Shown piece by piece: positions 17,312 to 29,182 of a stretch of 64,000 nucleotides of DNA. The stretch comes from an uncultured Gammaproteobacteria bacterium. GTDB lineage: Bacteria > Patescibacteriota > Patescibacteriia > Patescibacteriales > UBA12465. The position numbers were made by a program, and so were the translations under genes. Position 1 is the first letter of the stretch, and each line of letters opens with the position of its first letter. A model generated the notes under the pieces. It saw only the letters and a program-made list of their open reading frames with translations, was not told where the DNA came from and ran no database searches. The stretch spans positions 209,997 to 273,996 of the forward strand of contig CAYYDR010000001.1 in NCBI GenBank assembly GCA_964470695.1, in the 5' to 3' direction.

Positions 17312-19240
17312 ATGTCAAAAATTTTAGGAATTGATTTAGGAACCACAAATTCAGCTATGGCTATTATGGAGGGCGGGGCACCGAAGATTATTGAAAATAT
17401 TGAAGGCAACCGCACCACCCCTTCCATTATTGCTATTTCCAAAAATGGTGAACGCTTAGTCGGCTCATCGGCCAAGCGCCAAGCCGTTATTAATCCGGAG
17501 AATACTGTTTATGCTGTTAAGCGTTTAATCGGCCGTCATTTTGGCGAAGATGAGGTGCAGCGCGATTTAAAGAACGCTCCTTATAAAATACTGCAGGCCG
17601 GCGAAGGGGTTAAGGTAAAAATGGGCGATAAGGATTATACGCCGCAAGAAATCTCCGCCATGGTTTTAGCTAAGCTTAAGGCTGACGCCGAAGCAAAAAT
17701 AGGTGAGAAAATTACCGAGGCTATTATTACCGTTCCGGCTTATTTCAATGATTCACAGCGCCAGGCGACTAAAGACGCCGGTTTGATTGCGGGCCTGGAT
17801 GTTAAAAGAATTATCAATGAGCCGACGGCCGCCGCTCTCGCTTATGGTTTTGATAAAAAACAGGGTCAGAAAATTGTCGTCTATGATTTAGGCGGCGGAA
17901 CCTTTGATGTTTCCGTATTAGATATATCAGCTGATACCGTTGAGGTTAAGGCGACTAACGGTGATACCCATTTAGGCGGTGAAGATTTTGATCAGAGAAT
18001 TATTACTTGGATTATTGATGAATTTAAAAAGGACCAGGGTATTGATTTGTCTAAAGATACTTTAGCCTTACAGAGAATTAAGGAGGCGGCGGAGAAAGCG
18101 AAAATTGAATTATCAACCGCTCAAGAAACGGAAATTAATCAGCCTTTTATTTCTACGGATGCTAATGGCCCGAAACATTTAGTAATGAAACTCTCTCGCG
18201 CGAAATTAGAAACTTTAATTATTGATTTAGTTGAGAAAACCATTGAACCTTGTAAGAAGGCTTTAACTGACTCGGGATTTTCAATGGCGGAAATTAATGA
18301 AGTATTAATGGTCGGCGGCATGACTCGTATGCCTTTGGTTCAACAGAAAGTTAAAGAATTCTTTGGTAAGGAGCCGAATTTAAGTGTTAATCCGGACGAA
18401 GTCGTTGCCTTAGGCGCCGCGGTTCAGGCTGGCGTTTTACAGGGCGATGTAAAAGATGTTTTATTGCTAGATGTTACTCCTTTAACATTAGGTATTGAGA
18501 CTCTGGGCGGTGTGGCGACTCCTCTTATTGAAAGAAACACGACTATCCCGACTTCTAAATCACAAGTTTTTTCAACAGCGGCTGATGGACAGACTGCGGT
18601 AGAGATACACATTGTCCAGGGCGAGAGACCTATGGCTCATGATAATAAAACTCTAGGCCATTTTACTCTTGATGGTATTCCTTCGGCGCCGCGCGGCATT
18701 CCCCAGATTGAAGTTAAATTTGATATTGATGCTAACGGCATCTTGAATGTATCGGCGACTGATAAGGCAACCAATAAACAGCAGAAGATTATGATTACGG
18801 CATCTTCCGGCTTGTCTAAGGAGGAAATAGAGAAAATGAAGAAGGAGGCCGAACTTCATGCTGAAGAAGATAAGAAAAAGAAGGAAGAAGTGGAAATTAA
18901 AAATCAGGCCGATGCTGTTGTTTTCACCATGGAAAAAATGTTAAAAGAATCGGGTGATAAAATGAAAGCCGAGGATAAAAAAGAATTAGAAGATAAAACC
19001 GCTGAGCTTAAAAAAGTAAAGGATACAGCTAGTTCTGACGAGCTTAAGAAAAAGATGGAAGAGTTAAGTGCGGTAGCGCAAAAGATTGGTGCCGCTATGT
19101 ATCAGCAGCCAGGCGCTGGCGCTCCAGGAGCCGATGCGGCTGGAGCCGGACAAGCGGGAGGTGCTGAATCTGGTGCGACTGGCACGGAGACAAAGAAAGA
19201 CGAAAACGTTGTTGAGGGGGAAGTTGAAGAAAAGAAATAA
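17312..19240 (+). CDS. dnaK: molecular chaperone DnaK (Hsp70)
   Basis: [27 protein letters not shown], and other full-length Hsp70 signatures. Confidence 0.98.
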   Translation: MSKILGIDLGTTNSAMAIMEGGAPKIIENIEGNRTTPSIIAISKNGERLVGSSAKRQAVINPENTVYAVKRLIGRHFGEDEVQRDLKNAPYKILQAGEGVKVKMGDKDYTPQEISAMVLAKLKADAEAKIGEKITEAIITVPAYFNDSQRQATKDAGLIAGLDVKRIINEPTAAALAYGFDKKQGQKIVVYDLGGGTFDVSVLDISADTVEVKATNGDTHLGGEDFDQRIITWIIDEFKKDQGIDLSKDTLALQRIKEAAEKAKIELSTAQETEINQPFISTDANGPKHLVMKLSRAKLETLIIDLVEKTIEPCKKALTDSGFSMAEINEVLMVGGMTRMPLVQQKVKEFFGKEPNLSVNPDEVVALGAAVQAGVLQGDVKDVLLLDVTPLTLGIETLGGVATPLIERNTTIPTSKSQVFSTAADGQTAVEIHIVQGERPMAHDNKTLGHFTLDGIPSAPRGIPQIEVKFDIDANGILNVSATDKATNKQQKIMITASSGLSKEEIEKMKKEAELHAEEDKKKKEEVEIKNQADAVVFTMEKMLKESGDKMKAEDKKELEDKTAELKKVKDTASSDELKKKMEELSAVAQKIGAAMYQQPGAGAPGADAAGAGQAGGAESGATGTETKKDENVVEGEVEEKK

Positions 19241-19245
19241 CTTAG

Positions 19246-20355
19246 ATGTCTAAAGATTATTACGACATTCTCGGCGTTGGTAAGAGTGCTAGCGCCGAGG
19301 AAATTAAAAGCGCTTTCCGTAAAAAAGCCCACGAGCATCATCCCGACAAGGGTGGTAACGCGGAAAAATTTAAGGAGCTTAATGAGGCTTATCAAGTATT
19401 AGGTAATGCCGAAAAGCGTCAGCGTTATGACCAGTTTGGTTCAGCTGCTTTTAATCAGGGCGGCTATGGCGGCGGCAGCGGTTTCAGCGGTTTCAGCGGT
19501 TATGGCGGTCAAGGTTTTTCTGGCTTCCAAAATGGCGGCATGAATTTTGATTTTGAAGATTTAGGTGATATGTTTGGCGGCTTCGGCGATATCTTTGGCT
19601 TCGGCGGCGGCAATCAGTCTAGGTCTAAAAAGTCCAGCCGCGGGCGCGATTTAGAAATGAGAGTTAATTTAGATTTTTTAGAAGCGGCTTTTGGTTTAGA
19701 AAAAGAACTTAGCTTTTCTAAAAACATAACTTGCAATAGGTGCCATGGTAATGGCGCTGAGCCGGGGGCTAAAGTAGATAACTGTTCTACTTGTCATGGT
19801 TCAGGACGCGTCACTGGCGTGCAGAGAACAATTCTAGGCAATATCCAAACCCAGACCACTTGCCCTAGTTGTAGTGGTGAAGGAAAAATATATAGCCAAA
19901 AATGCTCCCAGTGCGGCGGTGAAGGAATACATAATGAAACTGTTAAATTAAAAGTAAAAATTCCGGCGGGTATAAACGATGGAGAATCAATTAGACTAAG
20001 CGGCCAGGGCGAAGCGGGCCGCAAAGGAGCTTCTTCCGGTGATCTTTATTTGCGCGTTAGAGTATTAGAACATAAAATTTTCCGACGGGAGGGTTATGAT
20101 ATCAGAACTGAAAAATCAATCAGTATTAAGCAAGCTATTTTGGGAGACAAGATAGATATTGATACTATCCATGGACCGGTTAAGTTAAAAATTCCCGAGG
20201 GGACACAATCGGGAACAGTATTTAAATTAAAAGAGAAGGGAGTCAATAAGCTTAATAATAGAGGAATAGGCGATCAGTATGTAAAAGTCGTGGTTAACAT
20301 ACCGTCCCGGTTAAGCAAGAAGCAAAAGCAGTTGTTAGAGGATTTAGAGATATAA
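19246..20355 (+). CDS. dnaJ: co-chaperone DnaJ
   Basis: J domain with HPD, a G/F-rich region, and four CxxCxGxG zinc-finger repeats. Confidence 0.97.
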   Translation: MSKDYYDILGVGKSASAEEIKSAFRKKAHEHHPDKGGNAEKFKELNEAYQVLGNAEKRQRYDQFGSAAFNQGGYGGGSGFSGFSGYGGQGFSGFQNGGMNFDFEDLGDMFGGFGDIFGFGGGNQSRSKKSSRGRDLEMRVNLDFLEAAFGLEKELSFSKNITCNRCHGNGAEPGAKVDNCSTCHGSGRVTGVQRTILGNIQTQTTCPSCSGEGKIYSQKCSQCGGEGIHNETVKLKVKIPAGINDGESIRLSGQGEAGRKGASSGDLYLRVRVLEHKIFRREGYDIRTEKSISIKQAILGDKIDIDTIHGPVKLKIPEGTQSGTVFKLKEKGVNKLNNRGIGDQYVKVVVNIPSRLSKKQKQLLEDLEI

Positions 20356-20397
20356 TTTTTTGGCATTTTGGTCAAACGATTTTTACCCTTATTTTTA

Positions 20398-20425
20398 TTG
20401 ACTTTTGCGGCTTAGATGCTACAAT
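20398..20425 (+). promoter_or_regulatory. sigma70-like promoter (TTGACT-16-TACAAT)
   Basis: TTGACT at 20398-20403, TACAAT at 20420-20425, upstream of the small ORF at 20474. Confidence 0.55.
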
Positions 20426-20473
20426 AAATATAGGACAATTTGCCCAATTTAATTATTTAATTTAATAAACTTT

Positions 20474-20629
20474 ATGTGTATTTTATGCAATTGGTTTAAA
20501 AAATTGTGCGGTCCTAATTGCAAGTGTAAATGCCATCCGGAAAAGACCGGGGAAGCTGATAAGTCTTCTGTTTCCGCCGCCCCTAGCGGCGAATCAAATC
20601 AAGCGCCAACCGATAACCAAATTAAATAA
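20474..20629 (+). CDS. possible 51-aa cysteine-rich small protein (MCILCNWFKKLCGPNCKCKCHPEKTGEADKSSVSAAPSGESNQAPTDNQIK)
   Basis: Hand translation. Six Cys plus one His in the first 21 residues, including CKCKCH. Has its own promoter and a weak terminator. Below the ORF-track cutoff. Confidence 0.4.
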   Translation: MCILCNWFKKLCGPNCKCKCHPEKTGEADKSSVSAAPSGESNQAPTDNQIK

Positions 20630-20649
20630 TATTTTGTTAAATAAAATAA

Positions 20650-20673
20650 AAGGCGCGTTACTCGCGTCTTTTA
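20650..20673 (+). terminator. weak intrinsic terminator
   Basis: Stem AAGGCGCG/CGCGTCTT (one G-U pair), 5-nt loop, then TTTT. Confidence 0.4.
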
Positions 20674-20699
20674 GATAGAAAATTTTAATCGCCAAATTT

Positions 20700-21551
20700 G
20701 TGTTTATTGATACTCATGCCCATGTAAATTTTGCCGCTTTTAAAGACGACGCCGATGAGGTGATTCGTCGCTCTTTAGATAGTAATACCTGGATGGTTTT
20801 GGTCGGGTCAGAACTCAAGACTTCTAATAGAGCTTTAAACTATGCCAATAAATACGAGCGCGGCGTTTATGCGGCCATCGGGTTGCATCCTGTCCATTTA
20901 GAAAATGGGCCGGTTGATACTGGGGAAGAGAGCGGGACGGCTGGTTTTGTGGCTCGTGCCGAAGAATTTGATTATGACAGCTATGAGAAATTAGCTAAAT
21001 TTGAAAAAGTAGTGGCTATTGGTGAGATTGGCTTGGATTATTATCATCTTGATCCGACTAAAGATATGGTAGCTGTTAAAAAGAAGCAGCAAGAGGTTTT
21101 TGCGCAGCAGCTTCTCTTGGCGCGCAGCTTAGATTTGCCGGTTATAATTCATTGCCGCCAAGCCCATGATGACCTTTTCAGTATTCTTCAGGAATTTAAA
21201 AAAGAATATCACCATTTAATCCCCGCCGACAGGCCCTGGGGAGTAATTCATTGTTTTTCCGGCGACGAAGACTTGGCTTGGAAGTATTTTAAGCTTGGTC
21301 TCCTAATATCCTTTACCGGGTTGATAACCTTTAGTCAGCAGTGGGACGATTTAATTAGAAAAATACCGCTTGATAAGCTAATGATTGAGACTGATACGCC
21401 TTATATGACCCCAGAACCTTACCGCGGTCAAAGAAATGAGCCAATATTAGTACAATATGTCGCTAACCGGATCGCTGATATCAGGGGCATAAAGCTAGAA
21501 AAAGTGGCCGAAATAACCACTAATACGGCTAGGGCTTTTTTTAGGATTTAA
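20700..21551 (+). CDS. tatD: TatD-family metal-dependent hydrolase/DNase
   Basis: GTG start. FIDTHAHVNF, EIGLDYY, IIHCR, IETDTPYMTP. Confidence 0.85.
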   Translation: MFIDTHAHVNFAAFKDDADEVIRRSLDSNTWMVLVGSELKTSNRALNYANKYERGVYAAIGLHPVHLENGPVDTGEESGTAGFVARAEEFDYDSYEKLAKFEKVVAIGEIGLDYYHLDPTKDMVAVKKKQQEVFAQQLLLARSLDLPVIIHCRQAHDDLFSILQEFKKEYHHLIPADRPWGVIHCFSGDEDLAWKYFKLGLLISFTGLITFSQQWDDLIRKIPLDKLMIETDTPYMTPEPYRGQRNEPILVQYVANRIADIRGIKLEKVAEITTNTARAFFRI

Positions 21552-21587
21552 CCCTAAAAATAAATAGAAAATTGTAAAATTAGAGGG

Positions 21588-21616
21588 TTGACACTTAGGG
21601 TTTTTTGCGCTATAAA
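21588..21616 (+). promoter_or_regulatory. sigma70 promoter of the atp operon (TTGACA-17-TATAAA)
   Basis: TTGACA at 21588-21593, TATAAA at 21611-21616. It overlaps the 5' end of the ORF-track call, which argues for a later start codon. Confidence 0.55.
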
Positions 21617-21620
21617 CAAA

Positions 21621-21902
21621 ATGGCCTTAAAAAGTATGAAAAATGACTCTTGGAATGTCGCTTTAAGGATAATGGCCAACATCTCCGGTTGGATTGCTTT
21701 TCCAGTTATTTTTGGCCTATATTTAGGGAAATGGCTGGATAAAAAGTATGATACGGAGCCTTGGTTATTTCTGATAACCATTGCCGCTTGTTTTTTGGTT
21801 TCTATGGTCGGCTTATCTCTTAATGCCGTTAAGGAATTTAAACAAGTAGAAAAAGATTATCAGGAAGCTAAAAAAGAAAAAAATAAATTTAATAAGAAAT
21901 AG
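21621..21902 (+). CDS. atpI: AtpZ/AtpI-like small membrane protein of the ATP synthase operon
   Basis: Two TM segments, WIAFPVIFGLYLGKWLDKKY. First gene of the atp operon. Start ambiguous (21621 or 21636). Confidence 0.6.
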   Translation: MALKSMKNDSWNVALRIMANISGWIAFPVIFGLYLGKWLDKKYDTEPWLFLITIAACFLVSMVGLSLNAVKEFKQVEKDYQEAKKEKNKFNKK

Positions 21903-22715
21903 ATGGCAGAAGGAATAATTCACGAAAATACTCTATTTGCCGAACCAATTGCTCATGTTGGTCATTTTGTTGTTACTAATGCCATGTTGACTTCGGGACT
22001 AGCCTTAATTGTTATTTTAATTTTAGGGTTGTCTATTAAGCGGAGCATTAAGACTGTGCCGACTGGCATTCAGGGTTTTTTAGAAATGATTATTGAAGGT
22101 TTTCTAGGTATTTTTGATAGTGTTACCGGGAGCCGTCAGAAATCTTTGCAGTTTGCTCCATTAGTATTAGCTTTTTTCTTTTTCGTTCTAGTTAATAATT
22201 GGATGGGGCTTTTGCCGGGAGTCGGATCTATCGGCCAGATTGTCCAGCATGGAGAAGAAAAATTATTTATTCCTTATTTGCGCGGCGCGACGGCCGATTT
22301 AAATACTACTTTAGCGTTAGCGACTATCGGCGTCGTCTTAAGCCATATTTTTGGCGTTTTAGCGGTCGGTTGGTGGAAATATTTGAATAAATTTATCAAT
22401 ATTAAGGCTTTTTTAGATATTCCTAAGAAAATTAAGAAGGACCCGATGATAATATTTATTAATCCGATTAAAGCCTTCGTTGGTCTAATTGAAATAGTTG
22501 GCGAGTTAGCTAAAATTGCCAGCTTATCTTTCCGTTTATTCGGTAATATTTTTGCGGGAGAGGTTTTGCTTGGTTCTATTTCGGCCATTATGGCCTTCGG
22601 TGTCCCTATCCCTTTCATGTTTCTGGAAGTTTTGGTTGGAGCGATTCAAGCCCTTATCTTTATGATGTTGGTTTTGATATATTTAACTATCAATACCGCT
22701 CAAGAAGAACATTAA
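21903..22715 (+). CDS. atpB: ATP synthase Fo subunit a
   Basis: Polytopic. LSFRLFGNIFAGE contains the conserved Arg. Confidence 0.95.
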   Translation: MAEGIIHENTLFAEPIAHVGHFVVTNAMLTSGLALIVILILGLSIKRSIKTVPTGIQGFLEMIIEGFLGIFDSVTGSRQKSLQFAPLVLAFFFFVLVNNWMGLLPGVGSIGQIVQHGEEKLFIPYLRGATADLNTTLALATIGVVLSHIFGVLAVGWWKYLNKFINIKAFLDIPKKIKKDPMIIFINPIKAFVGLIEIVGELAKIASLSFRLFGNIFAGEVLLGSISAIMAFGVPIPFMFLEVLVGAIQALIFMMLVLIYLTINTAQEEH

Positions 22716-22733
22716 TTAATTTTAAATTAATAA

Positions 22734-22985
<252 letters not shown>

Positions 22986-22999
22986 TTGAAAGGTGAATG

Positions 23000-23040
23000 A
23001 TTGGAGATTAAATTTCTTAACCTCCAATTTTCAATTTTTA
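23000..23040 (+). terminator. intra-operon hairpin plus T-run after atpE (possible attenuating terminator or mRNA stabiliser)
   Basis: Stem ATTGGAG(23000-23006)/CTCCAAT(23022-23028), followed by TTTCAATTTTT. Confidence 0.4.
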
Positions 23041-23053
23041 ATATTTAACGATT

Positions 23054-23542
23054 ATGGAATCATTAATTTCAACTTTTCATATTGATGTCAGTCTGTTTGT
23101 AGCGCAGTTGATTAATTTCGCGATTGTTTTTTCTATCCTTTATTTCTTCGCTTTCAAGCCGCTGGTTAAGGTCATGGTGGAAAGATCTAATAAGATTGAT
23201 AAGAGCCTGAAAGACGCGGAAGAGATAGAAAAACGCCTGTCTTTAACGGCTAAAGAAAGAGAGGATGTTATTGCCGCCGCTAAAAAAGAGGCTAACATTA
23301 TTATTGAAGAGGCTAATAAGCGCGGCGAAGAGAAACGGAATGAGCTAGTAGCTAAGGCCAAAGAGGAAATCGGCAAGGTTATTAATAATGAGAAAGAAAA
23401 GTTAGTGCGAGAAAAAGCCGAGACGTTAAAAGAAATAAAAAAAGAAGTGGCTGATTTAGTATTATTAACGGTAGAAAAAATATTATCAGAAAAAATGACT
23501 AGCGATAAAGATAAGGAAATTATTAAAAAGTTGGTTAAGTAA
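23054..23542 (+). CDS. atpF: ATP synthase Fo subunit b
   Basis: N-terminal TM segment followed by a long charged helix. Operon position. Confidence 0.85.
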   Translation: MESLISTFHIDVSLFVAQLINFAIVFSILYFFAFKPLVKVMVERSNKIDKSLKDAEEIEKRLSLTAKEREDVIAAAKKEANIIIEEANKRGEEKRNELVAKAKEEIGKVINNEKEKLVREKAETLKEIKKEVADLVLLTVEKILSEKMTSDKDKEIIKKLVK

Positions 23543-23544
23543 TT

Positions 23545-23946
23545 ATGAAGATATCCTCCCAACAATACGCACTTAGTTTATATGAGTCAGCTAGCGGCCA
23601 CAGCGGCGCTAAACTGAAAGGTATTTTGGCTAGTTTTGTAGCGATGGTTTATCGCCACGGCGATGCAAAAAAATTTCCCGAAATCATTAATCTTTTTTCC
23701 AGTATTTGGAATAAAGAAAATGGCTTGATAGAGGCAGAGCTTATCAGCGCGCGCCATCTCGCTCCGGAGGCTAAGGAATTAGTTGTTGATTATCTTAAAG
23801 ATAGAACTAGCGCTCAAAAAATAAGTTTAACGGAAAAAACCGAGCCAAACTTGTTAGGCGGTTTCATTTTAAAATATGGCAGCCGAGTTTTAGACGGTAG
23901 CCTTAAAAATACTTTAGCCAATTTACGCGATAAAATTAGTAATTAG
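23545..23946 (+). CDS. atpH: ATP synthase F1 subunit delta (short, 133 aa)
   Basis: Operon position. C-terminus LLGGFILKYGSRVLDGSLKNTL is typical of delta/OSCP. Confidence 0.75.
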   Translation: MKISSQQYALSLYESASGHSGAKLKGILASFVAMVYRHGDAKKFPEIINLFSSIWNKENGLIEAELISARHLAPEAKELVVDYLKDRTSAQKISLTEKTEPNLLGGFILKYGSRVLDGSLKNTLANLRDKISN

Positions 23947-23956
23947 ATAAACATAT

Positions 23957-25477
23957 ATGTCAACCACAAAGGATTTTATTATTGAGCAGCTTAAGGATGA
24001 GATATCCGGCTTCCAGTCAGAGATCAGCGAAAAATCAGTCGGCCACGTTCTCAAAGTGTCCGATGGCATTGCTTTGGTTTCTGGGTTAAGCGAAGCGATG
24101 ATGAGTGAAATTTTATTATTTAAAACAGAGCAGGGAGAAATTTCTGGTGTGGCTTTGAATTTAGAAGAAGGCCAGGTGGGCGTCATTATTTTAGGCGACT
24201 ACACGGCGATTAAAGAAGGTGATGAGGTAACGGCTACTAAAAGAATTTTGGAAGTTCCGGTCGGCGAAGCCTTAGTCGGCCGCGTCGTTAACCCGTTAGG
24301 CGAACCATTGGATGGATTAGGAAAAATTGAAACTACTAAATTTTATCCGGTTGAAAAAATTGCGCCTGGTGTTATTACCCGCGCTTCGGTTAAAGAACCG
24401 GTTCAGACTGGTATTAAAGCGATTGACGCGATGATTCCGATTGGCCGCGGCCAGCGCGAACTTATTATTGGCGATCGCCAGTTAGGCAAAACCGCCATCG
24501 CGATTGATACTATTATTAATCAGAAAGGGCAGAACATGAAATGTATTTATGTTGCTATCGGCCAGAAAGAGTCTAAGGTGGCTAATATCGTGGCTAAATT
24601 AAAGGAAGCGGGCGCCATGGACTATACGACAGTTGTTTTAGCTGGTGCTTCTAACCCGGCCGCCTTACTATATATTGCTCCTTACGCCGGCTGTTCTATG
24701 GCTGAATATTTCTGCGATAAAGGTGAAGATGTTTTGATTATTTATGATGATTTATCTAAGCACGCCGTTTCTTATCGGGAAATTTCCTTATTGTTAAGAC
24801 GTCCACCGGGACGCGAAGCTTACCCGGGTGATGTTTTCTATTTGCATTCTCGCTTACTAGAACGTGCTTGCAAACTTAATAAGGATTTTGGCGGTGGGTC
24901 TATTACCGCTCTACCAATTATTGAAACTCAGGCCGGAGATTTATCAGCTTATATTCCTACCAACGTTATTTCTATTACTGACGGACAGATTTTCTTAGAG
25001 CCAGATTTATTCTATAAGGGCAATCGTCCGGCCGTTAACGCCGGTCTTTCAGTTTCTCGCGTCGGCTCTTCCGCTCAGATTAAAGCGATGAAGAAAGTGG
25101 CCGGTAAAATGCGCTTAGAAGCGGCTCAATATCGTGAATTAGCCGCCTTTGCTCAGTTCGGCTCTGATCTTGATGCTGATACCAAACAGAAGCTGGAAAG
25201 AGGCAAGCGCTTATACGAAATATTTAAACAAGATCAGTACCAGCCTTTATCAGTCGCTAAACAGGTTTTAGCTTATTATTCTTTAATTAATGGTTTAATG
25301 GATAATGTCCCGGTAGAGAAAATTCGTGATTTTGAAAAAGGCTTGTATGAATATGCTGATTTAAATGACGAAGTTCTAAAGTTAATTGCCACTAAAAAAG
25401 AATTAGACGAAGAAATAGAAGGGAAGATTAAGAGTTTAGTCGGCGACTATAAAGCGACTTTGGATTATTTAATATAA
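23957..25477 (+). CDS. atpA: ATP synthase F1 subunit alpha
   Basis: GDRQLGKT P-loop and full-length alpha signatures. Confidence 0.98.
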   Translation: MSTTKDFIIEQLKDEISGFQSEISEKSVGHVLKVSDGIALVSGLSEAMMSEILLFKTEQGEISGVALNLEEGQVGVIILGDYTAIKEGDEVTATKRILEVPVGEALVGRVVNPLGEPLDGLGKIETTKFYPVEKIAPGVITRASVKEPVQTGIKAIDAMIPIGRGQRELIIGDRQLGKTAIAIDTIINQKGQNMKCIYVAIGQKESKVANIVAKLKEAGAMDYTTVVLAGASNPAALLYIAPYAGCSMAEYFCDKGEDVLIIYDDLSKHAVSYREISLLLRRPPGREAYPGDVFYLHSRLLERACKLNKDFGGGSITALPIIETQAGDLSAYIPTNVISITDGQIFLEPDLFYKGNRPAVNAGLSVSRVGSSAQIKAMKKVAGKMRLEAAQYRELAAFAQFGSDLDADTKQKLERGKRLYEIFKQDQYQPLSVAKQVLAYYSLINGLMDNVPVEKIRDFEKGLYEYADLNDEVLKLIATKKELDEEIEGKIKSLVGDYKATLDYLI

Positions 25478-25480
25478 GGT

Positions 25481-26431
25481 ATGGCCAAGACTAAGGAAAT
25501 ATCTCGGCGCATCAAATCCGTAACCAGTACCAAGAAAATTACTAAGGCTATGGAAATGGTGGCAGCGTCTAAAATGAGAAAGGCTGTTGACGCTGTTTTG
25601 AAAACTCGCACTTACGCTAATTTAAGCTGGGAGACGGTTTTAAATTTGTCCAAGTTATCACAGAAGCGCCAGGAGCCGCTTCACGCGCTTTTGAGACCCT
25701 GCCTTAAGGCGGAAAAGGTGGCCATTATTTTAATTACTTCTAACCGCGGCATGTGCGGCGCTTATAACGCGGCGGTTATTGCTAAAGCCAAAGAATCAAT
25801 CGTCAGCCACCCCATCCCTACCGATTTCATTTTAGTTGGTAGAAAAGGGGCGGCGGTTCATAATCAGAATCATAATATTGAGGCTGAATTTGAGAAGAGT
25901 GAACTACTGACTGATGTTAAGGATATTTATCCTATTGTTAAAATGGCTTTGGAAGATTACGCCAATAAAAAATACGATAAGATACTGGTGGCCTATACCG
26001 ATTTTATTAATCCCGCTAAGCAGGTGCCGCGCGTTAAACAGTTAGTCCCGGTAGAGCTTGAGGGGGGCGATAAATATTTAGGAGTAGTCGGCCAGGATCC
26101 TAAGGTCGGATTAAGCGAAGAGATGGCTAGCGCTAAGGCCAAGAAACATTTAAGCGAGGCTGGTTATTCTTATGAATATGTTTTTGAACCGACTCCGAAT
26201 GAGGTTTTAGATAAAATGATTCCGCGTTTGATAGAAATTCAATTATTTCAGGCGTTTTTAGAAGCTAACGCTTCCGAACATAGCGCTCGGATGTCCGCTA
26301 TGCATCAGGCGACCGAAGCGGCTAATGATATGGTTAATGAGCTTACCTTATTTTATAATAAAGCGCGTCAGGCTAGTATTACCGCAGAAATTGCGGAAAT
26401 CAGCGCTGGGGCTAACGCTTTAGCGGATTAA
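25481..26431 (+). CDS. atpG: ATP synthase F1 subunit gamma
   Basis: N-terminal IKSVTSTKKITKAMEMVAASKMRKA and C-terminal NKARQASITAEIAEI. Confidence 0.95.
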   Translation: MAKTKEISRRIKSVTSTKKITKAMEMVAASKMRKAVDAVLKTRTYANLSWETVLNLSKLSQKRQEPLHALLRPCLKAEKVAIILITSNRGMCGAYNAAVIAKAKESIVSHPIPTDFILVGRKGAAVHNQNHNIEAEFEKSELLTDVKDIYPIVKMALEDYANKKYDKILVAYTDFINPAKQVPRVKQLVPVELEGGDKYLGVVGQDPKVGLSEEMASAKAKKHLSEAGYSYEYVFEPTPNEVLDKMIPRLIEIQLFQAFLEANASEHSARMSAMHQATEAANDMVNELTLFYNKARQASITAEIAEISAGANALAD

Positions 26432-26462
26432 TAAATATTTTCCATTTTTCAATTTTTAATAA

Positions 26463-27857
<1,395 letters not shown>

Positions 27858-27860
27858 TTT

Positions 27861-28301
27861 ATGTCTAACAAGACGATAAAATTTGAAATAGTTACCCCTG
27901 AGCGCTTAGTTTTGCGTGAGGAAATTTTGCAGGTAACTGTGCCGACTGCGATGGGCGAAATTACGGTTTTACCCGATCATATTCCTTTAGTTTCTATTTT
28001 GAAGCCAGGCGTTTTGGAAATAAAAAAAGTTGATAATACGGTTGAAGTAATGTCAGTGTCAGGCGGTTTTATAGAGGTAATGAAAAATAAAATTGTTGTT
28101 TTAGCTGATACAGCGGAAAGAGCGGAAGAGTTGGACGAGAAGAGAATTGAAGAAGCAAGAAGTAAAGCCGAAGAGCTTAAGAAGACCGCTAAGAACGTTG
28201 ATGATGTTCAGTTTGCCGATATCTCTGCTCGCATTGAAAAGGAACTAGCGCGCAATCGCGCGGTTAATCGCTGGCGGAAATTAAAAAATATAAATAATTA
28301 A
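27861..28301 (+). CDS. atpC: ATP synthase F1 subunit epsilon
   Basis: FEIVTPE..., GEITVLPDHIPL. Operon position. Confidence 0.93.
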   Translation: MSNKTIKFEIVTPERLVLREEILQVTVPTAMGEITVLPDHIPLVSILKPGVLEIKKVDNTVEVMSVSGGFIEVMKNKIVVLADTAERAEELDEKRIEEARSKAEELKKTAKNVDDVQFADISARIEKELARNRAVNRWRKLKNINN

Positions 28302-28373
28302 TTTTAATTAATAATTGTCGTTCTTTTATTTAATCACAAAATCGATATGTCTATCGAAAAGGAGAATCATTAT

Positions 28374-29162
28374 ATGACAAATAGTCATGAACACAGTCAT
28401 GAAGAGTTATTAGATTCGGAATGGGCCAAGTCTCAGTCTAATAAGATTATTGAAGATCTTCGCACTGATAAGAAGTTGGGCGAGATTTTAGCTGAGAGAC
28501 CTGGTTTTGCTGAGGCTTTTCAGAACGAAATGACCTGTCTTGATTGTTCGGATGGTCGTGTTTGTTCCGGACACAAAATGGGTTTGGCTGGTGTTGGCAT
28601 TTTGCTATCACTAGAGGAAAAAGAAATTTTAGTTAAGGCAGTGAAAGATCGCGGCTTAAGAGTTACTGGCCATGATAGCTGTGGTGCAGCTGGCATGGCT
28701 TTTCCTGGACCAGATTCTGATTCCCATGGCTATGAGAACGCTAAAGCAGTGGCTGAAGCTGCGGGCGTAGAATATGGCGAAGTTCATAAGGAAGACTTTG
28801 TCTCGCCAGTACATAATGAAAGAACTTTAGTAGTTGATGCTACCGGACGCTTTGATTGTGCTAACTGGACGGAATTCCCGCCGCAGTTTATAAGTTCGGC
28901 GCCGGCCCTAGGCCTGCCAGACTCTTATATGACTAAGGAAATCGCCGCTCTGACTGGTATCGCTCTTGGTGATCACGGACTGGGCAGTAGATTTACGGAA
29001 GAGAACCCGTTTTATATCATTGTTTCGGCTGACTCTCCGGACAGACTTAATCACTTAACCGAATTAGCTTGTGAAGCCACCGAACATTTCGGCAAGCGCG
29101 TTCAGGTTGATGGATTCATCGCTCCTCCGGCCGTTCAATCCGCGGCAGTTGAAAAGGAATAA
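28374..29162 (+). CDS. hypothetical protein with a beta-carbonic-anhydrase-like CxDxR ... HxxC motif pair and a His-rich N-terminus
   Basis: SD AAGGAG at 28359-28364, 9 nt before ATG 28374 (the track start is 28347). In track numbering: C67-S-D69-G-R71 and VTGH109DSC112GAAG. No terminator separates it from atpC. Confidence 0.55.
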   Translation: MTNSHEHSHEELLDSEWAKSQSNKIIEDLRTDKKLGEILAERPGFAEAFQNEMTCLDCSDGRVCSGHKMGLAGVGILLSLEEKEILVKAVKDRGLRVTGHDSCGAAGMAFPGPDSDSHGYENAKAVAEAAGVEYGEVHKEDFVSPVHNERTLVVDATGRFDCANWTEFPPQFISSAPALGLPDSYMTKEIAALTGIALGDHGLGSRFTEENPFYIIVSADSPDRLNHLTELACEATEHFGKRVQVDGFIAPPAVQSAAVEKE

Positions 29163-29182
29163 AAATATACGAATATTTTTGC

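Noticed and set aside
19477-19500. Short tandem repeat AGCGGTTTC x2.7
   Set aside because: It encodes the SGFSGFSG part of the DnaJ G/F-rich region. This is a normal feature of that domain, not a CRISPR array or a regulatory repeat.
23140-23565. 141-aa ORF antisense to atpF. Similar shadow ORFs lie inside atpB (22199-22390, 22274-22618), atpD (26558-26743, 26929-27111), dnaK, gatB (43642-43956, 43999-44274, 44557-44868) and dnaB (57391-57810, and others).
   Set aside because: All are embedded in, or antisense to, confidently identified housekeeping genes. Their Ser/Leu-rich sequences are as expected from the reverse frames of Lys/Glu-rich genes.
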